A stretch of DNA of 64,000 nucleotides. Origin: Rhizodiscina lignyota (taxonomy: Eukaryota). A program made the translations under genes and the position numbers. Position 1 is the stretch's first letter. Each line of letters starts with the position of its first letter. The stretch covers positions 2,728,001 to 2,792,000 of the forward strand of contig ML978121.1 in the NCBI GenBank assembly GCA_010015805.1, read 5' to 3'. The notes beneath the pieces were generated by a model that saw only the letters and a list, made by a program, of their open reading frames with translations, made no database searches and was not told where the DNA came from. Shown here in pieces: positions 14,151 through 27,022 of the stretch.

Positions 14151-14967
14151 TAGCCGCTGGAGCAACCTTGGAAACCCCCTACGTACATTGTGATGATTGG
14201 TATACACAGTGCCCCGGCACCCTAAGATGGCATGGCATACTCGGAGCGCTCCCCAGATTGTTTGAAGCCTCTCTCCATAGGTTTATTTTGATACGATACA
14301 GAAGAATTCATGTAACATTGACCCGAGATACATAACAGAGCCAGTCGAAAGAATTACCTTTTGCATATTGGCTGTGTGGAATTTACTTCTTCCGCGCAGG
14401 CTGACCACATTCAGGCGCAATATAATTCAGCTCTCGAGATTGACGAAAGTTATATTTACCCCTTAGTTATCGGAATGTCGGAGATTGAGAGCACAAGCTA
14501 CACCGGGGCAGGCTGTCCCCACCAGGAGCAGGTCGCATCCCCGAACCACCGTTTGACGCTGGCGCACTGAAACGCTCTGCTCTCGACCGTGCCTTGAGAT
14601 ATCAAGATCTTTTTTTCTGTGGAAGCGCAAACCTTGTGCCACAAAGACCTGAATATGGTATCTTACAGTCAGACCAAAGATGAGATGCAGGAACACTGGA
14701 CGCTCACTTTATATTTCAGATATCATAACAACGCAAGAATCTGGAATAAATCTAGGCCCCTATTGTTGTGGATGCTGAGATTGAGAACTTCCTGGCACAA
14801 GACGACCCATTCGATGCGTTGTACAAGGAGCTGGAGCAACGCATGGCTGCGAGCTTACCACGGTCGACGCGGAAAATTCTTGGAGACATCGTAAGAGCAT
14901 GGACACCAAGAGGCTTTGATGTCTTACATCTTCACCACATCTCTGCCAAGCTGCCGAATCGTACTGA

Positions 14968-15554
14968 ATGGGACAATGCGTGGCAGCCGTCAATCCTCGG
15001 CGATCCGGCTTTCACCATTCGTCGTATGCCAAAGAAGAGAAAGGAAGCCTGCATACACCATCTCCTCTTCGAAGTGACCAGAGTCAAGGGAGCAACGGAG
15101 AGTCATCACCATTCGAGGAATTTCCAAAACCGAAAAGCGAAAATCGCCCAGAAATTCCTGAAGTGAACTCCGACAACGACGACGCAGTCGAAATGGCGCT
15201 AGATGACATCCCAGTTCCCGTCTTTCACGGTCATCCGGAAGAAGATGTGGAGGAGTTCTCCGCCCTGTTCAGACTTAAGCTGTCCAAGGTGACGAAGGCC
15301 ATCGAAGCACCTAAGGATAAGCTTCTCGTGTCGCTAGTAGTGTTAAAGCAACATCTCGGCGACAATGCCCTTGTATGGTTTGAAAACTTGGAGCCATTAC
15401 CATAAAGATATAGAACCTCACCCAAGAGGGTAACGCATCAAAGGCCGAGTTTGAGCGCAACATTGCCCAGTTACGTGCGATCGCTGCGTCAGTCGGGATC
15501 GCGTGCTCCACGGACTGGATGCGTCAAGGCAGCAAGAAGGAGGTTCCCGTGTAA
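14968..15554 (+). mobile_element. Probable degenerate LTR-retrotransposon gag-like relic
   Basis: PVFHGHPEEDVEEF...LKQHLGDNALVWFENL resembles the F-x-G...E...F / L-x-G-x-A-x-x-W pattern of Ty3/gypsy-type gag capsid. It is interrupted by TAA at 15403 and a frameshift before AEFERNIAQLR...MRQG. No LTRs or pol found. Confidence 0.4.
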
Positions 15555-18271
15555 GTACCAGAGACAGATTGTTGTCAGGCGTCTACGCGCTCAGTGGGTG
15601 ACAAAATAGTTGAGACGTGGCTGCAATATATAGAACTACGAGGATGTATATCCTCGATAATTAACATAAGTTATACATGCTGAAGCTGCGCGTTTTAGAT
15701 AAACGAACTCCAGTATATAATTTATCGACCTTTCAGAGTTGCTCTCGTTAGCGTTGAAGAGGAAACTTCGCCCTTGTATCATGATATCGGTCATATCATT
15801 CAGGGTTCTTAGATGGTGACCTATTTGTGTCTTTGTCGTGCTATTTGAGCGGCCCATCTGTTGATGCAATCAATTCACATCTAGTTAATGCTCAATCTCA
15901 TACAATTCGCACTCTCACAGCACGAACCACCTCATCAGAGCACTTCCCTCAGAATCTCTCAGTCCACTATCGTCTCTCGCAGTCCACTTGTCACTCAGGC
16001 TTCAGCTGCTAAATCCCAACCTTTCTTGCGCTTCGAAGATTAGGGCTACTACTCAGCAACCCACCATTGATGCTTCGAAGAAAAGGGGGAGGGCTCATTC
16101 TGGGCAATCTACCAACAATCAGCCCGCTGTGGGTCCTTTGATGCAAAAGTGGTCTTGTTCGGGCTTCTTTCTGCGGTAGTACAGTATTTAGACGAGAAAT
16201 GCCAAGAACAATACCTTCTGCTCAGCCATATCTTCGCGAGCCGCATGTACCGAAGAAGGCCGTACCACAATATTCACACACCAGGAGAGTCTAGACCATT
16301 ACGCCATATGCATTGGGATCATCGGAAATCAAGATACGCTTGCCCACACCATTGCCAGACCATGTTTTACATTTGTGTTCTTTTTAGCAGATCAGCATGG
16401 CGCTGTTTGCTCGTCCAGCATGTTGAAGATACCAGCATGGTTTCCGTTCCACATGCGTATTCTTCTAGTAGAATGGCATATCATGGATGCCTTGCTTAGT
16501 ACTCTAAAAACATCAGTGATAGTTCTCGATACGTAGGGGCGACTATGCTCTTCGTCTTGAACAGCTGTTATTGCGGAAGATGATACTTGGGTACACGCCC
16601 AAGACAGATGCATTCACACGATTCTTTTGGTCATGTGTAGCGAACCGCTAATGCAAAGACCGTTCCCGTAAGTGCGGCTCCGCACCGAGCTAATTTCGGC
16701 CGGCATTGAACGGTCGCGACTTTTCGGCCATGTCGGTAGTCACTTGATGACTATGGTATCCACTATGATGTACTATCCCTCATGATGTGTAGCGTATTTT
16801 TTGATGGATGGAGAAGATTCTCTTCTATTTTATTATTTTATTTGCAAACAAGAATATGCTCCTGTGAGTATGGCAGGCAAGATACAGAGAGGGCACAGAA
16901 GGCAGTGGTGGTCGGCGTCGGCCATCCGAATGGAACGGATGCAGCCGCGGTCCGAGACGTCCGCCTGACCTCAACAATGTGCTCATATTCGAGCTAGTCT
17001 TCGGTACATGTGTACATAGGCATGCGGCTTTGAGCGAAGATCTCGGCAAATAGAATTCATTGTTTAGCGCGCTGTTCACGTTCCATACCGGGTTATTAAC
17101 CTTAAAAAATGGGGGACTGATATTTATTCATTATTCGTTGGGCCGACGGGACCACGGAGGATCTCCGCGCAGATGTAGGAATACATCAGCATTTATAGGC
17201 TTTGATTCCATTATTCCCCAATTCATCTCTGAAACAGACAAACCCCGCGTTTAATCCGAGCTTCGAGGCATCTTCCATGAGCCGAGAACAAGTAGAATTG
17301 TCGCACGTGAATGCAATCGGGATGACTGCTTCCGTGATGAAGCTGTACGGCTTCTCAACTCAACCGTACCGAAGTACACGGTACGGAGGTACTTTTCCAT
17401 CTTCTCGGCAAAAGCTTGTTCATTTAGGGGTCTACGCTTTGTTTTTTCTCTTCGACCCAGCACGTCTTATCTTCATTTTGTCGTCACGACGCGCCAAAAT
17501 CGCCAAAGACTCGTTGGCTTCTGGCCTCCGGCGGTTTTCGGTAATTAACTGATTCATTCGTCGGTCTCCGTATCTCGTTAATCCCGCATAATCCCCCACA
17601 AAATCCCCCAGTTTCTCTCTTTCCCCATAGGATCGTTAAAAGAGTGGAGCCTCACCATGCACCCCCCGAAACATGGCGACAAACCGGTCATCAATCACAA
17701 CAGCGTTCCTGCCCATGGGGCTTCCCCAGCTATCGTCTCTCCACAGATACGTACTGTATCCACTTTCTCCGCGTCCATTCTTGCGGAGCGAAACCCGCGC
17801 CCTGCCGGCCCAAAAACGTCATGGAATTGGGTCGCGCACCGCACTCTGCTTCCCCCGGTCCCATGAGGCGTCAGAAAGAACAGCCAAGCCTGGCGACTTC
17901 GGGCAAATTGAGGCGTACATCGCAGGGTTCATGCAACTTTTGAGATATGATTTCCAGCAAATCTCTTTAACCTCGGGGTACAGGAGTGGGTCCAGCGATG
18001 ATTCCCCCTCATTGTGTGAAGCCTGTATGGCCTATGGGGGTAGTGCTGGTGGTAGGTATATGGGTGAGACGACGGTAGCGCTCACGGGCGCCGAATGCTC
18101 TTAAAAGAGGCGCGTGTTGTGACCTCCCCTTTCTCCTTTCCCCCGTTTTGACCGCTTTCCTCTCATACTGTGACCTGCTCTTGATATTGAAGCGCCTTCT
18201 TCTCTTCTCGTCCAATTCCATAGTCTCTACAAAGTACGAGAGCCCGCGAGGGCCACAGACATATTGCCAAG

Positions 18272-20079
18272 ATGCTGCACAAACTCGTCGTCAACCAGTA
18301 CAACTTGTGGGTCGTGATCTTCGTGGCCGTCGGCACCATCGCGACTGCGTACGGTCTTGCTATCATCGGCTCAACCGTCGGTCAGCCCAACTTCTACACT
18401 TACTTCAATCTCGCGACTGCAGGCGAGCCTGGTTATACGCACACTACCAACATTATTGGCTCCCTAAACGGCGTCAATTCCGCAGGCGCAATCGCAGGAT
18501 GCTTAACAAACGCGTACACGGCCGACAAGTATGGCCGCAAACGGTCGATGCAGATGGGCAGCATAGTGCTGATCATAGGAGGCGCACTGTGTAGCGGCGC
18601 TGTCGATTTGGCAATGTTCTTGGTCGGTCGATTCATCGCCGGTCATGGAGCAGGCGTTTTGGCATGCGTGGTACCAATGTATCAGTCAGAGGTCTCGACA
18701 CCCGAATCTAGAGGTGCAATGGTTTCAATTACGGGCATTATGTGCGTCATAATCTGACTGTTTCTTGACGGAAACTGACATTCTCCAATAGGTACGCGCT
18801 CGGATACACTTTGGCTGGTTGGCTTGGGTATGCGTGCTACTTTCTTCCAGCGGATTCGCCGCACGCGAGCTTCTCGTGGAGGTTCCCTCTGGCTTTCCAA
18901 ATCTTCTTCCCATGCGTTCTGCTTGCTGGCAGCAGCCTCATCCCATTCTCGCCACGTTGGCTACTCCAGCAGGGTCGCAGAAAGGAGGCGTGGGATATTG
19001 TGCGAAGGTTGCATCACACGCCCGACGACAAGACCGACATGAAAGCCAAGGAGGAATTCTACTTGATCGAGCAGCAGTATGAAATGGACAAGCAGATGTC
19101 TATGGGTAGACGATTCGAGCTCTTCCGAACCCCAGCGAACAGGCGTCGTGCGCTTGTCGGCTTCCTGCTCATGTGGGGAGATCAGTTCCTTGGTATCTTC
19201 GTTATGACGAATTATGGTGAGTTTCTGCCTTTGTTTGAAAGCCCATCAAAGAGCTGAGGCTGACTGCATATATAGGCGTGTTGATCTATGCAAGCTTGGG
19301 ATTGTCTGGGTCCATCCCACTGCTTTTGAACGCCTGCTGGACGACCTTCACAATCATTGGCAACACCTGGACAGCATTTTTCATAGACCGTTTCGGACGA
19401 AGAACATTCATGCTTATCGGATCCGTCGGTGTGATCAGCAGTGTCATTTGCCTCTGTGCGTTGACAGCATCATTCCTCGGCACTAACAACACGGCTGGCC
19501 TGCGAGCTGCGGTGTTCTTCGTTTTCTTCGTAAGTGTTGTGGTCCCAGACTTGGAGATGTCCGCTAATGCAGGATTAGTATATCTTCTGGTGGTGCTTCT
19601 TCATCGACGCTACGCAATACGTCTACCTGGCAGAGATCTTCCCAAATCACCTGCGCTCTCAGGGCGTCGCATTCGGACTTTCCGGCTTCTATCTCGCGTC
19701 GGAGGTCACGCTCGTCGGTGCACCAGTGGCTCTCAATGCCATTGGGTGGAAGTTCTATCTTGTGCTCATCTGCCCGTCAGCTGTTTACATTGTTCTGATT
19801 TACTTCCTGTTCCCAGAGACGAAGGGCCGCACGCTGGAAGAAATTGGCGCTCTCTTCGGTGACACGCACATCGCTCACCAATGGTATGGTATCAGCGAAG
19901 AAGAGAGACATCGCCTTGCGGAGGAAGCAGCGAAGCAAATGGAAATCGAGTTCGCCAATGGCGGTGGAATGGGTCATGAAGAAAGCGGCGGCGTCATTGA
20001 GGTATCTGAGAAGTCAAGTGAAATGGCAGCCAAGGGGACAGAGCAGACCCATCAGGAGAACATAACGAAGATCGAATGA
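18272..20079 (+). CDS. MFS sugar porter family transporter; introns 18742-18791, 19217-19275, 19530-19578
   Basis: ADKYGRK, GRFIAG, PMYQSEVS, PFSPRWL, IDRFGRR, EIFP and PETKGRTLEEI sugar-porter signatures with multiple TM segments. Confidence 0.93.
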
Positions 20080-21008
20080 AGCGAGACGGAAAGTGCGAAA
20101 GTGTACAATGATAGATGTTGTCAGACCTGATGATATTTGCGGTGTGAACAGTGTGAGACGGAAGTACGCGGCTCGCTTGCGTAGTGGTTGAAGAAGACCA
20201 TAGAAGAACATTACCCAGAAAGGAATTGATTACCTGTTAAGAAGAAATTCCACGAAGCTTTCGGTGACTCGAAGTTCTAAGCGACGAGCTGCACTGAATG
20301 ATGGTCGTCGCGATACGCGTCCAGTCATGGACACCCGAGGTACGCGTGGCTGTGCTTGGCTTACCAACCGGTGGACGTCTTCGAAGCAGATTCACCGGAA
20401 ACCACAACTGTGGTGAGAAGTGCATGGTTGCACAGACATCGTCGATTGCCGCGTTACCATTTACTTGTCGACAGATCCGCTTATGCGTAGTCGAGATTGA
20501 ATTCGCAATCTTACATTGCCGTCTAAACTGCGGTGACCACATCGATCACCTTTCGGAATTCCGAATCCAGTACCGAGACGCTTGGCAACATGAATTCCGA
20601 ATGGCCTAAGACGGCACAACCAACAGGTCACGATGACGGCTGGCCAATTAGCGAGAGCTGGATGGTGTGACGCATCAGGCCCTCGTAACCATCAAAAAGT
20701 ATCCGCAAACAAGATGGCGGTGTTGCCTTCTGGCGTAGTAGATTGCGTGCATTAAGGAGCACGCTAGAGTATATGCGTCATTCAGACACGGCAAGGCACA
20801 GTCGGAGTTCACGAGGTAGGCTGATGTGGGTGGAGACAAGTGGAGAACTCGCACGAGATGGATGCCTCAGCAGTAAGAAAGCTGAATATATAAGAGTCTG
20901 TTGTTGCCTGGCTCGGAACTTTATTCACACATCAGCCACTCGAACCTCATCTACAAAGCTTCAAGCTTACAAGAAGTTTATCAAGTCAGACTTCCAACTT
21001 GAACCAAC

Positions 21009-21050
21009 CATCTCGCACTTCATCTCGCATTTCATCTCGCACTTCATCTC
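21009..21050 (+). repeat. 12-bp tandem repeat CATCTCGCAYTT x3.5 in a probable 5'UTR
   Basis: catctcgcactt catctcgcattt catctcgcactt catctc seen directly. Confidence 0.9.
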
Positions 21051-21081
21051 CATTCATACGGCCATCACAAAGAGCATATCA

Positions 21082-21429
21082 ATGCCCGCTCCTCTCTGCA
21101 CTTTTGCTCCAGACCCAAAGACTGCTCCTCAATCAGGCTACATGGCTGGCGGCTTTGCTTCCTTCCCTCGGGACCCAACCACTGGTGCAGCAGTCGGCGC
21201 CTACCAAGCGTCCGAGAAGAAATCCTCAAAGTCACCAAGCAAGAAATCAAAGATGCCATCCTTCTTCTCCCGGAGATCATCCGATAAGGACAAGAACGCC
21301 TACGTTGAGATCGAATCAATCGCCGAGTCTCAGGCCAGCACAGAGAAGAGACAAGAGAAAGAGAAGAAGATGACTGACAAGGACATTGAAAAGAGTACGT
21401 CGTTTCTTGGAGGCACCTTCAAGATTTGA
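21082..21429 (+). CDS. Small hypothetical K/S/E-rich protein (115 aa)
   Basis: ATG in a good context (TCAATGCCC), TATATAAG box near 20887, C/A-rich leader, coding-like codon usage; no recognised domain. Confidence 0.6.
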   Translation: MPAPLCTFAPDPKTAPQSGYMAGGFASFPRDPTTGAAVGAYQASEKKSSKSPSKKSKMPSFFSRRSSDKDKNAYVEIESIAESQASTEKRQEKEKKMTDKDIEKSTSFLGGTFKI

Positions 21430-21839
21430 TGTGAGGCTAACATTGGCCTAGTGGCATGGAGTGGTGCTTTTCGACCGGCGCTGAGCTAGACGAAGACTTT
21501 ATCCATTTCTTTCTTGTCTCAATGTCTCGTCAGCAGAGTTTGGGTCAGCGGCCTTAACAGTTGCATTATTAATCTGGTATGGAGCTGTTGAATACCACAC
21601 AGTTACGGAGTATTGCGGGAGTCTCTTCAAGTTCGAAGTGGAGGGCATGTCGGGGATGTAGCAAGAAATGTTCTCAGTCCTTCAGTGGGCCGCTATCGTA
21701 TATTCCAATTGAATCCATCGCAAACAAAATGATCCGTCGTTTTATTGCCATATGTTATACGGTGGGATTGGCTGCTGTAGTGTTGGCAGAATGTCGTGCA
21801 TCTCGTAGATTCAAGACTCGTTCATGAATTGAGCAGGAT

Positions 21840-22608
21840 GGAGTTACACTTCGCACTGAAAAGTGAAGCACGAGGGTGGAGCCGCCAGCTTGAGTTTAGG
21901 TTCGCCGTCCGAATTTCGGCGGGCTGTACCTCAGCTTCATCGAAATCTCCGACGTCTCTGTACGGATAGAACCCAGACATAAAATCAAACTAGCGGCAGG
22001 TGGTTTTGGCTCGCGCGGAGGCTTCTGACCTGCTCACATGCTCTTGGCATTGCTGTATACAGAAAGCGCAATTTGCCTCAGTCGGGAAAGAGCACTGCAG
22101 TCGAAAAAGTATAACCCCCCCCCTCGCCAGACCGGTTTCACGAATTTGCCAAACTCAAAACTTTTCAATTCGCTTTTTGCAAGCAGCAGGTGAGCATTGA
22201 ACGGGCTGAAAACCATCAATCCGCTAGCGTCGGGGTCGTAGTCGATTTGCGCAAAGTTTTAACGGCCTCCAATTTCTCGTTCTTGTGCGTTTCCACGCCA
22301 CCGAAGAAGTGGAGTTCATTGAAAAATTTCTACTCGCAACGGGACCTTGCTCGAAAATCTCTTCTGTGCAAGTGGCAGAAGCCGGTGTTGGTGTTGTGAG
22401 AGAATATCCCAACATAATTTCGCTCGGAGTACTCTTCATCGACGTTCGGAGTTCGAGGATGACTTATGCCAAGAGCGTCCTGAGGTACCGAAGAGCGGGC
22501 GCTCACCAGCCTAGGGGCGGGTGCGTGCCAACCAAAACTGGGTTGCGGGACTACCCGCGAGCCCCCAAGTCCAAGGTCATCGATATAGCAGCACCTGTGC
22601 ACTGACAT
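21840..22608 (-). pseudogene. Possible decayed coding sequence of unknown family
   Basis: Protein-like stretches (…EEYSERNYVGIFSHNTNTGF…RCE*KFFNELHFFGGVETHKNEKLEAVKTL / shift / AQIDYDPDASGLMVFSPFNAHLLLAKSELKSFEFGKF) broken by stops and a frameshift. Confidence 0.25.
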
Positions 22609-23020
22609 CGGGATTCATTCAAACGTCCATAGAGCAATTCCGAATAATTCGGAGCTTAGGTTACAAGAAACAGATGATATTCCCGGCGTACCTATGCTGG
22701 CGGATGGATATCCAGCAGTCAGTAAGTGGTTGGCGGCTCCGTGGGCAATGCTTAAATTCACCTCAGGCCATCCTGATTCAACCAGTGCACCAAAGTAATG
22801 GCATCATGGTTGTGCACTCAGAGTCCCTACCACTCGGAGAATTTTCGCCATTGTCTGATAGTTGGTGGTGACGCTGTTCCAAAATAATCCTGGGAGGAGC
22901 CATCAACCTTTCCAAAGTCATCAGGATACACCTGGCAAATCAGCAAGCAGATAGTCATACAGATTTTCATAGGGGGTATAAGAACTACACGATTCATCAT
23001 CACTACGTAGACTGAAGTGC

Positions 23021-24243
23021 TCATCCGTAAGCCTTTCCACAGACTCTCTGCTCTGGAAGTTAGCATCATGACTACACGAATTGTCTGAATGACTTACGAG
23101 TCTCCTGTGAGAGAAATCATGATAGAGCCGCAGCCAATACTGCTGATCTCTACAATCTTCCGCCTCCGAGCCTGGCTTCTTGCGGCACTCCGGCATCCTG
23201 TCCAACCTTGCCTTGTCTCCACCATCGATCCACGGCTTTGGGAATGGCCAGTCTGAAAAGTGGATATATCTCGCCTCGTTCCAGACCTTATCCGGGTCCC
23301 ACACCTCCTCTGTAGAGCCGAGGTATTTCCGGTGGTCGTCAGGAGCATTTCTAAATTCTCCCGTCAAAAGGTCGTACCTTCGATGCGGAATCGCGATACA
23401 GTCCTCAGCGTAGAGCTGATTGACAATCTCCATGTCAAACTCTTTCGAAGTGTGGTTTGCGATCCCCGCTTCGATCCTCGCCCACTCGAAATCTGAGGGC
23501 TCTACGAGGATAAGCTGCGCCGACATTGTGCGATCAAGCCAGTAGGCGCGGGGCATGGCGACTGGCGCGGACGGCATAAGGAACAGTTCGTCGGGTGGCT
23601 GTGAAGTACATAAAACGTCAATTCATGTTCTAGCAAATGATGTGCGCATACGAACCTGCAAAACTGTTGCGTCGGAGTCCAAGAGAAGCACCCGACTATA
23701 CTGTGTCTGGTTGAATATCAGGAGCTTGGTGAAGCTCTCTGCCCAGGTTGGATCCCCGCCGCCATTCACGAGCTCAATTGGATTGAGGTCCACGTTGTAC
23801 TCCTCCTTTGCCTTGCGGAGGAGCTGAGCTGTCTCACGAGGGAGATTCTCGTCCGATTCCCATTGCCTTGGATAGAGCATGAGGCCACCGGCTTTGGCTT
23901 TTAGCCGATGTAATGACTCAAACATCATGACGGCATTGCAGAGGTAGGCCGCATTCGTGACATACTGAACGTATGCAAACCGGGACCAGTCCACATCTTG
24001 GCCGTCAGGACACGTTGTATCCGGGAATGGATAATGGATCGATGGGGAGTATCGCGCCAGCATCCACAAGAAGAGGACAGTGACAAGACCTGTGAGCAGC
24101 GCGAGTCTCACTCGTTTTGACGACAACATGCCAGTAGCAACGGCCCCCAGGTCCGCGAACTGGGAGCGCATGTTGTCCGTCCTTTGCAGAGAGCTGTATC
24201 GCCAGTTCGAGAACAAGTTGTTCCACGTCGATGCGACAGGCAT
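23021..24243 (-). CDS. GNT1: GT8-family N-acetylglucosaminyltransferase (Gnt1-like); exons 24243-23656, 23598-23098, 23047-23021
   Basis: Type II TM anchor; WSRFAYVQYVT..YLCNAVM, WAESFTKL..FNQTQY.RVL.LDSD (DxD), DELFLMPSAPVAMPRAYW, DMEIVN, YIHFSDWPFPKPW. Confidence 0.88.
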
Positions 24244-25129
24244 CGCGTTAGCAGCAGTGCAATTCTTTCATAGCATCATTGCCGTGGATCCGTGTTGGCT
24301 GGCGTGGACGCTTCCTCCCTTTATTGAATCGTTGCAGCCTTGAGGTGGCTGGAGAGTCGTCGAGAGGAGATCGGATGCAACCGAAGCCTAGGTCGACATT
24401 CCAGAAGATTTCCGGAAGTGTAGATATGCTGAGTAAGGGTAGTGGATAAGGGAAAGGTGCATGCAGAGGGAACAATTAATTCGAGGACACGGGAGCGTTA
24501 CAGCCACCAAGCTTGCTGGAGCCGCAATGCGCTGAGGTGCTTTCTTTTCGCGGATTAATTGGGCGGCGGGTATTGGGCCAATCAGGGAGAGGGCCAAGCG
24601 TGGGGCTGAGGTCTAGTTGCTGCACAGACGGATATTAAGCAGTTGGCCGCAGCGCCGACGGCTCATCCTAATTTGCTGCCATGGCCCACCAGCCTCGCTG
24701 GGAGCACAGGGTGGAATGGCCGGCACATTAGCTAACCAACCTCGAACATCACTCTCGGTTTGGATACAGCAGATTGCGAGGCGCAGGGCGCTGCCCTTGC
24801 GTTTCGCCTTACCGCGACGACAGGGGCTGCTGGGGGCCATTCCTTCCATAGTTTGTGGCTTCAATCGAAGCACACTACTCGCCCCCAACTCCCTCCATGC
24901 AACCATGGGCAACGCTGTCAGTGGCACACTGAGTCGGGTAATCTATAATTGCGTTCGGCACGTCGATCTGAGCTTTCTTTGGTTCCATTAGTTGGTTCAG
25001 TCGTCTACCTATCTCTTCTTCCTTATGTCGCCGCTCCATCTTCCTTCACTTCGCTTTCAAAGTCTCCGACTACAATCCTTCCGAGCTTATGGATCTTCAA
25101 GCCACGGCTTGAAACTAAAGGACGTCGCC

Positions 25130-27022
25130 ATGGTTAAACACCCTCGAATACCGAAATGCGCATGGGGCATTAACATACTTTCCGTCATCGTCGCTCTGGT
25201 TCTTCTCATTGATGTCGTTAACGCCGCTCAACCTCTTCAGCTGGAGTGGAGCAGTACACACTATGGTCCTGACGGCCCATGGCAAGCTATAATTGTCTCC
25301 GTAGGCGGCAACGAAACGGATGTCCGAATTGGCTCGTCAAATGCTGGGGCACAAGCGACAGTCGACCTTCTACCCGGCTCCGTCTGGGAAGTGTTTGCGC
25401 TGGCCCCCGATGTGTGCAATCCATATCCAAATTCTCGTTGCGGCAAAGGAGGCTTCTGGACGCCTAATGACGATGATACCAATCCCAACAACCTCATCGA
25501 GATCTCGGCCGGCCTCACACCGCTCCAGTGGAGCGGTGGTGACGGTAACTCGTTCGTCGCTCAAGCAGTATCTGTCGCCGCCAGCAACATTAACGGCAAC
25601 CAGACTGTGTACAATGCCAGTCTTGCCTCGGTCACAAACGCAACTATTACCAACCCTGATGGTTCAAAGCGCGGCCCGGAGTTGGGATTCTTTTCTCTAG
25701 GAAATACGAGCCCGTCGCAGAACTTTTCACTCAACACTACTGAGGGAACGTCGATATCGACAGAAATCGTCATCGCCGGCCTCCAAGCATCAAACATCAT
25801 TCCCTCTTACTCTTTTGGCCTTCATTATGGCTCTGCCGCATTGAACTATCAAGGCTCACTGGTGCTTGGTGGATACGATAGGAGCAGGTTGATCGGGCCT
25901 CTGACCACCTTTAATCACGATAATAGTGGATCGCTAAACTCTCTGACACTTCTTGATGTTGGTATTGGAATCGAAACCGGAGGGTCTCCTTTCAATTTCC
26001 CGGGAACGGACCAGTCGGGTTTGCTCACTCGAAATACCAGCGAGGCCGGTGATATCCAGGTCACGATCGACCCATCAACACCTTACCTTGTTTTGCCGCA
26101 AAAGACCTGTCAAAAACTTTCCAACTACCTTCCAATCAGCTTCGACAAGTCACTCAAATATTGGGTGTGGCAGACATCAGATCCCAACTACAAGAAAATC
26201 ATCAACTCCCCCACATATCTCAGCTTCACCTTCCCCCCATCTCTCGGCGCCTCCGACAACGCTATCATTAAGGTACCTATAGCTCTCTTGAATCTAACTC
26301 TCGACGAAGGCATTACCAACAAGAAAACCCCCTACTTTCCGTGTCTCGACCTATCCAACAACGACGGAAATTATGTCCTTGGTCGCGCATTCCTTCAGGC
26401 GGCCTTTTACGGCGCCAATCTTGCGCAAAACCAGGCCTGGATTGCACAGGCTCCTGGACCCGGTCAGCCTGGCAATGGAGAACCCGGCCCTGTTTCTTCA
26501 GACGTTCAAGCTCTCGCCGCGACCGACCCTCGTCCCGACCCTTCGTCACTCAACAACGATGAAAATGCATTCAGTCAGAGCTGGGCTGCGTACTGGACAC
26601 CGCTTGCGACCCCACCTGCTACTTTACTGAATAGTGGTAGTGGTGGTTTATCAACTGGAGCAAAGGCAGGCATAGGCGTTGGAGTTGCAGTAGGCGCTCT
26701 GGCATTGATTGCGGGCGCCCTGCTTTTCTGGCTGCGGAGGAGGCGGGCAGCAAATAGGGATGCGGCCCACGAGAGATCCAGCAACGAGCCTATGATCCAG
26801 CAGGAAGATCACGGCTACAAAGGGCCCTCGGAGCTGGCTGGTGGTCCAGACGGAACGGCATATGCGAGTGGAGCGACATACGCGAAATACAACTACGACC
26901 AGCCTCCACATCACGGGGCGCATGAAATGCACGAGCTCCCTGAACATAGGACACAAGAACCGCAGGAGCTGCCTGGTAACGATCCGGAGCCGCAGGAGCT
27001 ACCTACTCGGACAAACACTTGA
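25130..27022 (+). CDS. Pepsin-like (peptidase A1 fold) single-pass membrane protein with degenerate catalytic motifs
   Basis: Signal peptide; YGPDGPW, SFGLHYGS, GSLVLGGYDRSR, YVLGRAFLQAA; TM helix GAKAGIGVGVAVGALALIAGALLFWL followed by RRRR; active-site positions read DLLPGS and DPSTP instead of DTG/DSG. Confidence 0.85.
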   Translation: MVKHPRIPKCAWGINILSVIVALVLLIDVVNAAQPLQLEWSSTHYGPDGPWQAIIVSVGGNETDVRIGSSNAGAQATVDLLPGSVWEVFALAPDVCNPYPNSRCGKGGFWTPNDDDTNPNNLIEISAGLTPLQWSGGDGNSFVAQAVSVAASNINGNQTVYNASLASVTNATITNPDGSKRGPELGFFSLGNTSPSQNFSLNTTEGTSISTEIVIAGLQASNIIPSYSFGLHYGSAALNYQGSLVLGGYDRSRLIGPLTTFNHDNSGSLNSLTLLDVGIGIETGGSPFNFPGTDQSGLLTRNTSEAGDIQVTIDPSTPYLVLPQKTCQKLSNYLPISFDKSLKYWVWQTSDPNYKKIINSPTYLSFTFPPSLGASDNAIIKVPIALLNLTLDEGITNKKTPYFPCLDLSNNDGNYVLGRAFLQAAFYGANLAQNQAWIAQAPGPGQPGNGEPGPVSSDVQALAATDPRPDPSSLNNDENAFSQSWAAYWTPLATPPATLLNSGSGGLSTGAKAGIGVGVAVGALALIAGALLFWLRRRRAANRDAAHERSSNEPMIQQEDHGYKGPSELAGGPDGTAYASGATYAKYNYDQPPHHGAHEMHELPEHRTQEPQELPGNDPEPQELPTRTNT

